A stretch of 64,000 nucleotides of DNA from Adineta vaga (GCA_021613535.1 CP075496.1:682001-746000), one strand, 5' to 3'; counted from the first letter of the stretch, positions 1 to 13,653 are shown. Numbers and translations: made by a program. The notes: generated from the letters alone by a model not told the origin.

Positions 1-119
1 TAATATAAAATCATCTTCTATCTGATCGGATATTTTCTTAACCAGTCAAATTTTCTCGATTCTTTTTCTTTGTATGAAAATTTCTTCATTCGAAATCTAT
101 TCAAATAAAAATGTTTCAG

Positions 120-2253
120 AAATTATTCAATTTACAAATAAATGAAAATATTCATGAAGAATTTGTTAAAGCATCAGCAAATAGTAATAAATTTATTCTT
201 ATTTAAAGATTTCAAATTAAAAAAAATAATTCTCTTTTTTAGATAATTTAAAAAGAATCAAACAATTAGTCAAATATTCTAATGTTGATGTAAACTTATT
301 TTTCGAAAAGAATTTCCATTTCATCTTTCTCTATTTCTTTTAGATAAATTGTATTTTTGCTGGTCATACACCATTACAAGCAGCGGCACAAAATGGTCAC
401 ATTGAAATCGTTCGTTTTCTTCTTCAATGTCAAGTTAATTTAGAAATTGAAGTAAATGAAATTGATTTGAAATTGAAAATTGAAAAAGAATCTTCTTTAA
501 GGATAAAGATGGTGATCGTGCTATACATCATGCGACTTTTGGTAATCAACCTGATATATTAGATTTACTTATCAAAACAGGTGTAGATTTAAATTCAAGA
601 AATAAACGTCGACAAACAGCATTACATATTGGTTAAGATTGATCTTCTTTGTTTTCAAAAATCTTTTATTTATCAATTTTAGGTGTTTGTAAAGGTTATT
701 TGAATATTTGTAAAATTCTTTTATTAAATGGTGTTCATCATGGAATTCAAGATTGTCAAGGTGATACACCATTACATGATGCAATTACAAATAAACATGA
801 TGAATTAATTCATTTATTACTTGAATATAATGTTGATATTTCAATAAGAAATAAACATGGTTTTAATTCAATTCATCATTCAGCATTATGTGGAAATTTA
901 ACTGCAATGGAATTCATTCTTTCGAAAATTCAAAATCGTCAATGGCTTGTAAATGAAAGAAAAGATGATGGATTTACAGCTTTACATTTAGCAACATTGA
1001 ATGGTCATTTCAATATTGTTGAATTACTTTTAAATAAAGGAAATGCATCAATTAATGAACAAAATCTTAATTTACAAACAGCACTTCATTTAGCTGTTAA
1101 TCGACAAGATTTACAAATTGTTAATGTAAGAGAAGAAAAAAGAAAGAGAGAGAGAGAGAGAGAGAATTCTTTTCATTATTTTTCGATTTAGTTTTTATGT
1201 CATAACAATGCAAATGTGAATTTAATTGATAAAGATGGTGATACATGTTTACATGAAGCATTAAGACATCATTCATTTGAACAATTAAAAGAAATTGGAG
1301 AAAAAGGAAAAGTTTGTTTTTAGTTCTTCTATTGAAAATCTTTCGATAAGTTATTCTTTTTCAAATTAGATCATAAAAAAGTTCTTGAAAATAAATGATT
1401 ATTATAAAAAAACAAGTGTTCAAATTAGTTGTACATTAATTATGTTTGGAGCAGATTTAACAATTAAAAATCAACAAAATCAAACACCATTGGATCTTTG
1501 TTCAGATTTAGATTTATCGCGAATTTTAACACAAAAAAATATGTAAATTTTTATTTGAGTATTCGGGTTTTTTTTTATTTCATTGTTTTTAGAGAATATA
1601 ATCAAAAGAATAAGAAGCAAACAGAAAGTTCTATTGAATGTTTGATTTGTTCAGATAATAAACGTGAGATAATATTTCATCCATGTTTACATATTGTTAC
1701 ATGTCAATCATGTGCCAAACGAATGAAAAAATGTTTATTATGTAAAGAAAATATTCAAACAAAGACAAAAGTAAAAATATTTCTTTTCTATTGAAATGAA
1801 AATTCTTCTTCGTTTATTGTTTTTTTTGTAGATTGAACAATGTCAAATTTGTTCGAAAAGAAAAGCAACAATCGTTTATAAATCATGTAATCATCTTATT
1901 GTTTGTCAAGGTAAACAAATAAAGAATATTTGATTATTAAGAAATTAGTTTTGTTTTTTATAGAATGTTTCGATTTGAATAAATCATGTTCGATATGTGA
2001 AATATCAATGAATGAATTGTGTGTGGAAAACAATGAGATAATTTTATCAAATAATGATTCATTGACATTAACTAGTTTACAACAACAATTAGAAGAAATT
2101 CGTGAACAAGTTCATTGTCCAATTTGTATGGATCGATTAAAAGATATGATCTTTTTATGTGGACATGGTGTTTGTCAAAATTGTGGAAATCGTCTTCAAG
2201 AATGTCCTATATGTCGAAAACAAATTGAAAAATCAATTATTTTATATACATAG
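120..2253 (+). CDS. mib: Mind-bomb-like E3 ubiquitin ligase, 3' part (ankyrin repeats plus C-terminal RING fingers); multi-exon, 5' end outside the window
   Basis: Ankyrin motifs ([43 protein letters not shown]) followed by RING motifs (CLICSD..FHPCLH..CQSC..CLLC; [23 protein letters not shown]). The exons I checked join in frame across short GT-AG introns; stop TAG at 2251-2253. Confidence 0.85.
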
Positions 2254-2483
2254 ACTAAAGAATAGATTTATATTTTAATAAAAGAAACAGTTAATTCTAT
2301 GATCCTTATCACAAAAAAGATCATTTTGCTCGAATAAAATGAAGTTTTTCAAAAACAACACAAGAGATTCTCTATACAATAGTCTCTTATTCTTGTCGTA
2401 GTTTGAAAAGCTTTTTATTCCTATTTAACATTATTGTTATCTGATCATTAAGAACGATTTTTCAATAAGAAAATTAATTTATT

Positions 2484-3786
2484 TTACACGAGATAAAATG
2501 AAGGAATACTAAAGTTATGTTTTAATGAAGGAAAATATTCTTGAAAAGATTTCCAAGATCTCCATGGACCATAAGAAATGAAATCATTAACTTTCGAACA
2601 ATTCATTCGAGTATCTTCCCTTCTAAAATAATCTGTTTCATGTATAAGTGCACTATCATTTATACGAAGACGAATATTATTTCGAAAAAATGTTCTTGTA
2701 TCACATAGAAATTCTTCAATGTAATCAAAATAAATATCTACAATGTCAAGTTCAATTAGATGAAAATATTGAACGATTAATTTGGAAGATTGTTTATATT
2801 TTTGTGGTTGACGATTGCACAAAATGAGTTTTTCTACACATGGAAATAATTGTGATATTCGTAGAAAAAATTCATGTTCAAAAGGTTTTTCATCATATAA
2901 TGATATTAGACGAACAGTTGGATAATATCCACCTGGATATTGATTTGATATATTTGGATGAAATGACATTTGTGATGGATATGTATAAATATGATATTGA
3001 GATTGATTTAGATATGGAAAATGATCTATATAAGATAGAATTTGTCTATTTGGAAAATCTTCTTCTGTTGGTAAAATGATTTCATTATTTATTGTCATAA
3101 TTGAATGAATATCAAATGTAAATTGATTTAATCGTAAAAAATGATTAATAATATCATTTGTTAAATTTAATCTATCAATGAAAATTTTCTCGACTGAAAT
3201 TGATAAATTAAGTCTTTCTAAATTTGACATTTGATAAAGAAATGGAAGAATCAATTTATCATAAAAATCTGTTGGCTAAAAACAAGATAAAGAAAAATAA
3301 TTCCGTTTCGTTTTCTTTCTAATAAAAAAACAAACTTTATTTGGAACATTTCTACATAGAGAAATGTCGGCAGATTCCACAATGAGAGTTTGAAGTTGAT
3401 TGAAACGACCATCGACAAGAAATCAATAGATATCAAAACTATGAATCTTTATCTTTAATACCAACAAAGTCGATGAACAAAATTTCATCGGTGGATCACA
3501 TCGTAACTCAACTATATTTGAATATGATGATTCAGTAAATATTAAATGAGTTAGTTTTTTAAATACAACAAATATATGATTGATTAAATATTCTATTGTT
3601 TTATATTGTTGCGTATTTGGAAGAGGAAGAATACTTATAACAAGTTTAGAAATTTGTTTTTCAAAGAGATCATTTGAAAGAGATTTCATATAAATTAGGA
3701 TAATCAGCACTATGTAGAATTTGTCTGAAAATTAACATAAAAATTTCATCAGGTAAATCATTGAATTTAATACATGATAGATTCAT
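2484..3786 (-). pseudogene. Bdelloid-type F-box/LRR-like gene, probably internally deleted and frameshifted
   Basis: ATG at 3786 gives MNLSCIKFNDLPDEIFMLIF (F-box start), then a stop or frameshift. Downstream ORFs 3423-3710 and 2484-3254 carry family motifs (MSNLERLNL, PFEHEFFLRISQLFP). Confidence 0.6.
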
Positions 3787-3934
3787 TTTTTTATCTTCAA
3801 ATGAATATTTACTCTACCTATCAACCTTCGATCTATATATATATATGTTCTCTTGTTCGCTGTTATGTCATATGAAATATGTTCGTATTTGTTCATGTCT
3901 GACGCATTTTTTTATCGAAAAAATTCTCATTATT

Positions 3935-4510
3935 GACCCGTCCATCCGCTAGGAGAGGGAGATACAGGGATTTAAAAAAAAAGAATGTTTTGCTCATAAT
4001 TATTGACAACATATATAAATCGACTTAGTTTTTAACGCTGATTCTAAATCTGATATTAGCTGTAGATCAAATCGTAATTTTCCAACGAAACATTGCCAGA
4101 AAAAGGGGTTCAAAGTGTACAAAAAAGTGCATGCAGAAACCAATTTGCCTATGTACCTGAAATGAACAACGGATTTGAGGTTTCCCAAACGTCTGGTTCT
4201 GTAGGCAGTCAAGAGGATTATCGAATTGTAAAAAGTCGAACTTGATAGCTATTAACATTGGTGATCCGTTACTGATGTCTATATCTATCATGTATCTCAT
4301 ATAGATTCAAGAGATTAGTATGACGACTGTAATCTCGTTAGATAGAAACGTAGATTTATTCGAAAACAGGTCATTAGAAATTGTCCCGTCAAAAAGATTT
4401 CGCATCATAATTTTAATGGTCAGATATTTCCGAATAACTCATCTCTCTCTTATACACTTTTTCCAGTACATATAACTCTCGGATAAAATCCGAAGTTTCC
4501 GCATTTATTT
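3935..4510 (+). mobile_element. 5'-truncated Helentron/DINE-1-like non-autonomous element (family A)
   Basis: Reverse-complement similarity to 9872-10450. The 3' end has the subterminal motif cactttttccagtaca, then the stem-loop ctcggat-aaa-atccgaag, then a T-rich end. Confidence 0.7.
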
Positions 4511-5374
4511 TTAATGAAATTATCCAAAATTTTAAACTGAAGTAAAACTATTATTGCTTATAAACTGGTTCTTATACATTAAAATACAATTGTTAACATA
4601 AAGCAATCCTATTTTTCATTTTGCTTTCTATATTTTCCTCTTTAGGATAGAAGTTGTTTTATTAAACAAAATGCAATCGAACAAAAATATCATAATTGAT
4701 ATCTTCAAAATATTCTCTCGTTTAGTTCACAATTTGATTCGATTATGAAAAGAAAGAATTGATCAATAGATAAAGCAATTATCAGAATTGATATTTCTTT
4801 AAGGATTATGAGAATTAAATTCCATCGATGATTTTTTGAAAAGAACTATATCTTGTCAATATAGTCGAAGATCCAAACGAAGAGAAGAAATTGAACTAAC
4901 TAGACTTTTATCATATAGAAATAAAATGTTTTCTATTAGACAAAATTCTTATCTTATGCCATTAACTTTATCAATATCTATTAAGAAATACTTTTTGGTT
5001 TGAAAAATTTCGAAATAACTTTAGTTTGTTTCTTATAATGAATAAGCTACAGAGAAATAATGGAAAAAATGAGAAAAAGTCATTGACGTGGTGGATATTG
5101 TTTTAATTCTTCTGTCAGGTTAAGAATTATTTGTCGCTCTCTAACATATGATGACACATTATTTATGAGAATGTTGAAAAATTGAATAAATGATTGACAA
5201 ATATCCGCCAAAATTTGTATGAACTGCATGATGTTTTTTATTATCAATGGGTGACAGATGGTGAATTGAAAATTTTCTTTTGACATTCCCATAGTAACAC
5301 CAAGATGATTGTTCATAACTTGAGCAGCAACCATCGTCATAGCTTCGTATTGTGGTAAACTAAGATGATCAATT

Positions 5375-6021
5375 TTTTTTTATTTATGCTGGAGGAGACT
5401 GTTCTGCTCGGAAGCAGTTACAGATGATTCATTTGCAATATAAGCCACTCAAGCTACAACAATATTTAGTGGTATAGTTGCGTAAATAAGCAAGATTTTC
5501 ACGTTTTACAAATTTGAGTATTACTTTTCTCTATATAAAAGAACCAGAGTGAGGAAGAGAGAAGAGAGAGGAAAGAAAGAAAGATAAAGATAAGACAACG
5601 AAAAAGACAATAAAAATAAAAATAAAAATATGTGTGCACATAAGTATGCTAAGCATAGACCATGCAATAAGCGATAACCTTAAGACCATACTCTTTGCTA
5701 AAACTTATGGATTGTTAACATTACTTTGATGACCTAATGTATGATGAGCTGAGAAGGGAGGATTGAATCTCTGAGAGTCCTTATACATCTGCACTGGTTG
5801 TTGAGTGTTCCTAATTGTACGCGCAATTCTAATGAACGGCATAATTCTGCAATATGCATACTTACAATCCACCACCACGGATACCCCACAAGCAACCAGA
5901 ATGACAACTAAACTCCAGTGCGACCAATTATTTGTGTTGAAAATTTCCTGCTCTTTAATGACTTTTTTCGTTTCTGCATGATTGGAATCCGCATGGATTT
6001 TGCAGTTTGTTTGCCAAAGTG
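5375..6021. mobile_element. ~650-bp insertion flanked by a 12-bp direct repeat, containing an LTR-like segment
   Basis: agatgatcaatt at 5363-5374 and 6022-6033, with a T-run at the left end. Inside: purine tract ggaggagac, then TGTT(5400)...AACA(5720) containing tatataaaa and repeated aataaa. Confidence 0.65.
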
Positions 6022-6975
6022 AGATGATCAATTATTAGGGAACCATCTGATTCATTTTCAGATTTATTTTGTTCACCTTAAATAAATATTCAATAAGTCA
6101 ATTTTGAAAAAAAAGAGCTAAATTAAAGAGAGATATGTACCTATAATACTACGAATTTTCGAACATATCCAAAGAATATCATTAACAATTTTCACTAAAA
6201 AGAAAATACAGGAAAATTTCGAAAAAAATATGTGAATGGTTTACTCACTTAGGTTAATAGCTAATGTATTGAATACAGCACTTAATTCCGTCATTATATT
6301 GTATGTGTTTAATTCGTAAAATTTATTTGGTTCATAAATAAATTGACGTTTTGAGAAGCGAGCTAGACACAGAGCAACAAGTACACCAAAACTATAACCT
6401 GTAAGAATTTGTCTTCCTTTTACAGTTTCATCAATGGTTAACGAATATAAACGTTTTTCACAAGCTTTTAAAACGTTTACAATTGAAGATATTTGATTTA
6501 TATGTTGACCAAAAAATAATTCATTGGCTTCAATTGGAATTAAACCACTAAATCGGCACATCGAAGAAAAATCTTGAGACTTTTGTCTTAAAACTTTTTG
6601 AAGATATTCCAGTCTTGGATACAGATATGTATTCAATTGATGAGCAGTTGACATGTGCATTACTATAATAAAATAAACATAAGATCTCATTTAAAAGAAG
6701 AAATTTCTTTACCTATGATAAATGATAATGCTGAATTTTGATTCAGATTCACATGATCAATTGGATGAACACCCAGGTATTTTACTTCCAATTGTACCAC
6801 CAAGTACTTTTGTATTGCTCGATTTGAGATCACTTCATTTACATTGAAATCGGTATGTATACCAGATAGTGTTTGATAAATACTTAATGGAAATTCATCA
6901 TTCAAGTTTCCTATAAAAATATCATTACAAGTATAGACGATTTCCGATGCGATATTTTTGTCAAGGCCACAGTAT

Positions 6976-7246
6976 CCCAGGTCAATCATTCCGAAGGTCG
7001 GAAACGGCGCCTCAAACGACCAGAAACGGTTAGAGAACGGCAATTTACTGCCTTAATTTTGATCGTATTTCATCGTAATCCGTTACTCCGGATTACGACT
7101 GCCGTTTTCGGCCGTGTCTTTCTACGAAGCGATCATCGTTTTACGCTGTATTTCTATACATTTCTGGGTTAACGGATTACGGCGAAGTATTAGCCCCGAT
7201 TTTCGCCGTTTAAGACAGTTTACGACGCCGTTTTGTTGGACGTGGG
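6976..7246. mobile_element. MITE, CCCAGGTC...GAC(C/G)TGGG family (CMC/EnSpm-like termini)
   Basis: TIR cccaggtc / gacgtggg; 2-bp TSD AT at 6974-75 and 7247-48; GC-richer interior; sits in a fumarase exon. Confidence 0.8.
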
Positions 7247-7323
7247 ATCGTTCGTTAACGATCACAAATACCTTTTTCAATAGACCATATACATGAATAA
7301 TTGCTGATGGCATACGATCTATA

Positions 7324-7638
7324 CCCAGGACGGACGTTCCGGCCACCGGATCCGAAAGAAACCTGCCGGGAATCACGCCTTTCCGAGGATATTCCGGACG
7401 GTTCCAACTAGTTCGAAAAGGTTTAAACCGGAAAACAAAGGAGAGTGGAAGCAGTATTCCGATCGGCACTTCTCGGACTGTTCTGGTGAATTCCAGTCGT
7501 TTTCCGACTGGAACTTACTGGAAGTTAGTCAGAGGCGAGTGGAAAAGTCCGAAAATATCCGGGTCGGAATCCTGCTTCCATGAAATGACCGGAATGTTCT
7601 GGTTCCGACCGGATCCGGCCCGGATTTTTCGACCTGGG
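7324..7638. mobile_element. MITE, CCCAGG...CCTGGG family
   Basis: TIR cccagg / cctggg; TSD TA at 7322-23 and 7639-40; repeated ccgga/tccgg motifs; lies in an intron just upstream of the 3' splice site. Confidence 0.85.
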
Positions 7639-9871
7639 TAAATGATCTGTCAGAAATTTATATAAAACAAAGTTCTTTTTACCATTAACTAAACTAATAT
7701 TAAATTGGTTTTTTAATTCAGCTGTTTCTGGTGCATAAAGTGAAGTTTTAGAATTCATCCTATATGTTCTTGAAATTGTTAGATAAAGAAATATCTGAAA
7801 TAAATTGAGAAAATATTGAAATTTAATTATTACTCGAAACTATTAGTTGAAAATCATGTGAAGTGGATTTTGAAATCTTTATATGTATTAAAGAAATGAA
7901 CGATATAGAAGAAGAAAACACGTGAGTTAAGAAACAATCGAAATTTCTTGACACATACCGAGAGAAGTTTCCATAATATGTATAAGAAAGAATGTCGAGA
8001 GAAAGAAAGAAAATATGTTAGAGAAATGACGTCATCGTAAGAAAATATCGAATAAATCAAAAGTAAAGAAGAAATGAATATCGAAGTAAATATATGTTGG
8101 ACATAGGTTCGTAGCGTGAGTGAAGAAAAAAGTTTTGTTTAGTCAACTTTTAGAAAAGCAACTATAACAATAGTAAAATTATGACTTCTGTTTCGATTTT
8201 CAATTTTCACTTCTTCTTTTTTACTTCAAATGTATCAAATAGTCATCAAAACATTAGTCACTCTGTCTCAATTTCGTGTCAATTGCTAACAGATAACGAT
8301 TGAAGACTTTAAAAAAAAATTCAATACTGAATTCATTTTTGGTCAAGATTTTATTTTATTATTCTTTCAAACGAATGCATTCAAGTTCATGTTATAACTA
8401 TTCTATATTTTTTTCTTTAAACTACGAATAATTATCTCTAATTCCTGATGTTGTTTTCTAGAGAAAGTTAATTTTGTTCATATAGTTGTTTTTTTTCAAT
8501 AACATAGCAAAGATTATTATTGTTATGATTTAAAGATATCATCGTTAAACTAAAATAATTCATCATAATGAATAAGAAAATAGTTCAATCATTCAAGTTG
8601 TTTTCTCATTTACATTCTAATACGTTGATTTTTGATCGACTTTCTTGTTGATATTTGAAAAGCTTTCCATCGAAATTGTTCACGAATATTAGCTAGACAT
8701 ACGTCAAATTTTCCACGAATTGATTACAGCGATTATTTTCAACATTTAATTTCTAACATGAAGTTAGAGGCAGCTAAACAAAGCTATTGAGACGATTTAT
8801 CTATCGATCAATCAATACATAAGAATAAGAACGGTAAGATATGTTAGTAATTAAATGAAACGGATTTATCTTTCCTTAGAATAAATGAATAAAATCTTGA
8901 TAGTTTTCTTCTATACAAAGATTACTTTTAATATTCATGAAGAACTTATTGAAGCATTAGCAAAAAGTAAAACAGATTTTTACTTTAAATTGATTTTTTC
9001 TTATAGACGTTTTGAAACGATTCAAAGAATTATTCAAATATTAATATAAATGGTATTTATGCTGGACAAAAATTTTTGCGAGCAATTACACAGAAATGGA
9101 AATATTAAAACTGTACATTTACTTATTCAATATCAAGTTAATTTAGAAATTCAAATAAAGAAATATTTTTGGCAAAGAATGATTGTTTTAAGAATATAAA
9201 TGGTGATAAAACTATACATCATGCTGTGTTTAGTAATGAATCTTAAATATTAGCTTTCCTTCTAAAACCAGGTGTGTTTTTAAATTCAAAAAATGAACGT
9301 CAACAAACGGCATTACATATTAGTTAAGATTAATCCTCTTTTGAACAGTCTTTTATTTATCAATTTTAGGTGTTTGTAAAGGTTATTTAAATATTTGTAA
9401 AATTCTTTTATTAAATGGTGTTCATCATGGAATTCAAGATTGTCAAGGTGATACACCATTACATGATGCGATTTCAAATAAACATGATGAATTAATTCAT
9501 TTATTACTTGAATATAATGTTGATACTTCAATAAGAAATAAACATGGTTTTAATTCAATTCATCATTCTGCTTTACATAGTTGTTTAATGTAAGTTAAAA
9601 GATTTATTTTTCAAAAATAATTCATTTGTTCTCTTCGCTTCAGTGCACTTGAACTTATTTTTTGTAAAATTCAAATCTTTAATGGATAATTAATGAAAAG
9701 AAAGATGATGGATTTACAGCTTTACATTTAGCGACATTAAATGGTCATTTTAATATTGTAGAATTCCTTATTAATAAAGGAAATGCATCGATTAATGAAC
9801 AAAATCTTAATTTACAAACTGCTCTTCATTTAGCTGTTAATCGACAAGATTTACAAATTGTTAATGTAAGA

Positions 9872-10651
9872 ATTAAATGCGGAAACTTCGAATTCTATCC
9901 GAGAGTTATGTGTACTGCAAAAAGTGTGTGAGAACGATGAAACATTCTATAATGTCTACGGAACAAAATTACTACGAGAAATTTTTCGATGAACAAGATT
10001 TCTGATGACTTATTTTTGAATGAATTTTTGTGTTTGAATCTAGCGGGATTACAATCGTAAGTAATCTCATGAATCTATAAGGGATCTATGATAGATACAC
10101 ATATCAGTATTTTCATAATAGATCATCAATATCAATAGGTATGGAGACCAAGTTGTTCACTTTTAGTAGCCCTTCTGACTAGCTACAAAACCAAGCACTT
10201 GGAAAACTCTCTAACTGCAGGTCATCGGAGACGTATCTAGGCAATTTGGTGTTAAAATACAGTTTTTGCGAATTTTCTGACCTTTTTCAAGCATTGTTTC
10301 ATTAGAAAGCTACGATTTGACTCAAAACCAATATTAGATTCAGAATCAGCGTTAAAAACTGAGTCGATTCATATAGGTTTTAAATAATTTCGAGAAAAAT
10401 TTGTTTTTTGTTGAAAAAACCCGGTATCCCCCCCCTCAGGGATGGTCTGGTCAAAAATGACAATTTTTTCGATAACTCAGACATTTCTCGAGAGATTATT
10501 CTCATCTTCGAACTCGACTGAGATATTGATGAGACAATTATGTGCACAAATTTTCAGCTCAACCGAATGTAGTTGTGAAAAGTTATCGTGTAAACGGACG
10601 GTCGGACACACGGACCGATTATAGTAGTGTACTTACTTTTTGAGTACACTG
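9872..10651 (-). mobile_element. Full-length Helentron/DINE-1-like non-autonomous element (family A)
   Basis: On the minus strand: 5' hairpin agtgtactcaaaaagtaagtacact, then a GTCC-type microsatellite; 3' subTIR cactttttgcagtacac, a stem-loop and a T-rich end. No TSD; inserted in an A/T run of the mib intron. Confidence 0.75.
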
Positions 10652-11184
10652 AAAAAGAAGAAGGAAAGAAATTTTATGATTTTTTTATTCCCTTTTCTGA
10701 AAGAAAGGGCTATATGCTTCTTAAATAGGGTCGTTAAAATGCTTAAAGTTCGTTTGTTTGTCCAAGCCAATCAGGTGAAAGCAGCGTATAAATCGATGAA
10801 AACTTATCCCTGGTCATCGGACAACGATTTGTCATATGTAATCGAGATCGAGGAATACGAATCTTGGGTTTCTTTCCCAAAATTATTTTTCTATGAACCA
10901 TAATTAATTAATTGTTATTTCTTATTTGTCTAATCCAGTCCGATTGCAGCAATATAAAAATTCATGAAAACTTACTAATAATCATCTGTAAATGATTTAC
11001 CCAAAAGTCATCGAAGTCGAGGATTTCAAATCTGATGTTAGCTTTTCATAATTCTAATCAATTATAATAATTATTGCGAAACTGAAAATAACCTGTTATT
11101 AAGCATAAAAGAAAAAATTCTGACTATGAATTCTTTAATAAAGCTACTGGGTTCATTGAAGAAATGTTTTTTCAGTTGAAGTTG

Positions 11185-11438
11185 AGGGTGTGCGTCTGCA
11201 AGGGTGAAAAAGCGGATCCTGGATACCCAAATCCTATAAAACTTTCGGACCGCATGGCTCCCCAGAAATCCTGGCATCTCAAAAAGGCTGACTCTCGTGA
11301 ATCCTGAAAGATACTTATGGGTTATCATTGGTCATCATGAACTGTGTGATCGCAGGAACTATGAGGATCCAGGATCGGCCTTTTCCCCTTTTTTGGATGT
11401 ATGTATGTGCGTACTCTGTCAAGGAACACTCACACCCA
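11185..11438. mobile_element. Possible MITE with imperfect inverted termini
   Basis: GC-richer block; agggtgtgcg at the left vs ctcacaccc at the right; inner inverted pair cggatcctggat / atccaggatcg. Confidence 0.35.
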
Positions 11439-12615
11439 CACCTTATTCCTTCCACTTCCAGAGAAAGGAGCTTCATATGGAAAAAAAAGTTTCTGTGCGC
11501 TTTTGTGCCAGTGTCAAAGGTCAAAAACCATTTTCTTCAAGACTGTCTTAAACATCGGAAACCGAGAGTAGATTAAGGGTAGGATGATAGATAGGTGGGG
11601 TCAATATGAAGGATCAAGGGTTAAAAGTTAAAGGCTGCGCAAGATCAAAATATTGCTCTACCCTTCAGTACGAGCTAAGTACGCGATTTCGATAGATATA
11701 ATATGAGATTACAATCAGTCGGTCGTTATTTATTCATAAAATCATTAAAAGTTTAGTAATATTGAAATAGAAACTATTGATCATTCTAGAGATGATAATT
11801 CAATAAATGAACAGATAGGTAGAATCGAACCCGTAGCAGGTTTGAGAAAAATAAAGTACAGTAAAATTTGTCTAGTTTGAACACTATTGGAATCAATGAA
11901 AAACGTAGGGGAATAAGCAAATCATACAAGAACATCTTAGAGATACGATGGCATAGACATGCAACAGTCTCAGTTAACTCGGTGAGAGTCAGACTCGAAC
12001 TTAGTTTATACTTTCATGTGTTTTCTTTTGCTTTTGAGACTATTTGATACACCACCAATTGTTCATACGAAAACTTTATCTCGCACATCACGATAAGATG
12101 AACCGGCTTTGTTTTCTTTAATTCAATTCATTTTCTTGTTAAGATCTTTAAGGATAGATGTATTTGAAATAAAAATTGCCTTACGTCGAACTAATAGAAT
12201 GAAATTAGTTTATGAGGGTATGGAGCGTGAGCGTGAAAAGTAGAGACTATCGGTATCTACCCTCAAAGATTTCCTTTTCTGATTGAACTTTTGTTGAATA
12301 TCACATGCAAAAATACCCTTTCTTAAAACGAACTCTTTTGTAAAACTCAAAAAATTACTAATGAAAAATACGTATCTTGAGTGTATACTGACACTGATAA
12401 TCATACACGTCAGACGAAACTCCACTCAATACATACATTAACGCCATCTTTCTGCATAAACGAACTATTCGCTTTTGTTGAAATCGTCAGATTTCATTTT
12501 TTTTTCGAATAACAAAAATACAATACTAGCAGTAAAGCGAATTTCTTTTCATAACAAACAAAATATATTCAATAGCTTGTATTCTCAACAAACTTTTGTG
12601 GAATTTAAAGCGAAT

Positions 12616-13653
12616 ATGTATACATTTTCAACATTACCGATTGAACTCGTCTATCGAATTTTGGATCATCTGTCTGGTTTTACACTATTTTGCTCAATGC
12701 AAAATGTTTGCCAACGTTTTAATCAAATTCTGAACATTTATCATCGATATCAAGTAAGTTTGCAAAGTGCTTTACCTATTCTATCATCTGTTCAAGCACA
12801 CATGAGCCTCGCCATATATAACTTAACCAGTTTATTCAAAGAAAAACAAATTTCACAACTCCGAAGCAATTTCCATGAGTCAACCAAACACAATATTGAC
12901 TCATGCTATTAAAACAACCCTTCCTCTCGCCTGTTCTTTTCTATCTATGCTCATAGAAAATATATCTTATTAAACGTGCACACATGTGCCGCACAAGAAT
13001 AAAACTGCAGCATTAAAACACCTTTCCCGTTTCAAACAAATGTCTCTATTGCAACTCTTAAACAATGCAACAACTATCTTTAAAACCCACCGAATAAAAT
13101 AAAGTGAATTGTTTTATATTCTGACCCGACTCAAATGATCTTTCGCAAACCATAAATCTAAAAAAATCCAAAACCATTCGAAATAAACAAGTATCACTAC
13201 CTACAGTACAGTACTTACTCTACTCATCCGACGATTCCAAAATTCACTCAGTAACAATCAGACAAGCACCGATTTCTCTTTTCAATCCATGAACCCAGAT
13301 CGAAGATTTTCACACACTACCATCACACCTCTTGTATAATGCTATATCTAGTTGAAAAAACTTACTCTAAAGTTCCCATTGATTTACCCACATTCTCGAA
13401 ATGAATATTCTATACATAGACACTCACCACACTAAATCTCCGATACAATCAAATCGGCGATCAAGGAGCACAGCATATTGGTGATGCCTTGCGAATAAAC
13501 ACAGTAATGTTCATTCGCTCTTGTCCTAATTGACAGATCCATACTCTCTCTCCTCTGTAGACACTCACCGCACTAGATCTCGGGTACAATCAAATCGGGA
13601 ACCAAGAAAGAAAGTATCTCCGAAATAGTTTTGGAAATAGGTTGACGTTATAG
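12616..13653 (+). CDS. Small F-box plus two RI-type LRR protein (104 aa; exons 12616-12753, 13420-13503, 13561-13653)
   Basis: MYTFSTLPIELVYRILDHL (F-box); 84-bp phase-0 exon TLTTLNLRYNQIGDQGAQHIGDALRINT; last exon TLTALDLGYNQIGNQERKYLRNSFGNRLTL*. All junctions GT-AG. Confidence 0.75.

Larger units (their letters stand above)
5080..7795 (-). pseudogene. Divergent class II fumarate hydratase (fumarase)-like gene disrupted by three insertions
   Basis: Segments DRMPSAIIHVYGLLKK, GLDKNIA..NLNDEFPLSIYQTLSGIHTDFNVNEVISNRAI..VHPIDHVNLNQNS and EAMTMVAAQVMNNHLGVTMG match FumC/FH motifs. Insertions at 5375-6021, 6976-7246 and 7324-7638. Confidence 0.85.

Noticed and set aside
7114-7758. ORFs 7122-7469 and 7525-7758 as separate genes
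   Set aside because: They are chimeras of fumarase exon pieces and MITE sequence.
7857-8103. Solo-LTR-like purine-rich segment (TG...CA)
   Set aside because: No matching TSD and no second copy in the window.
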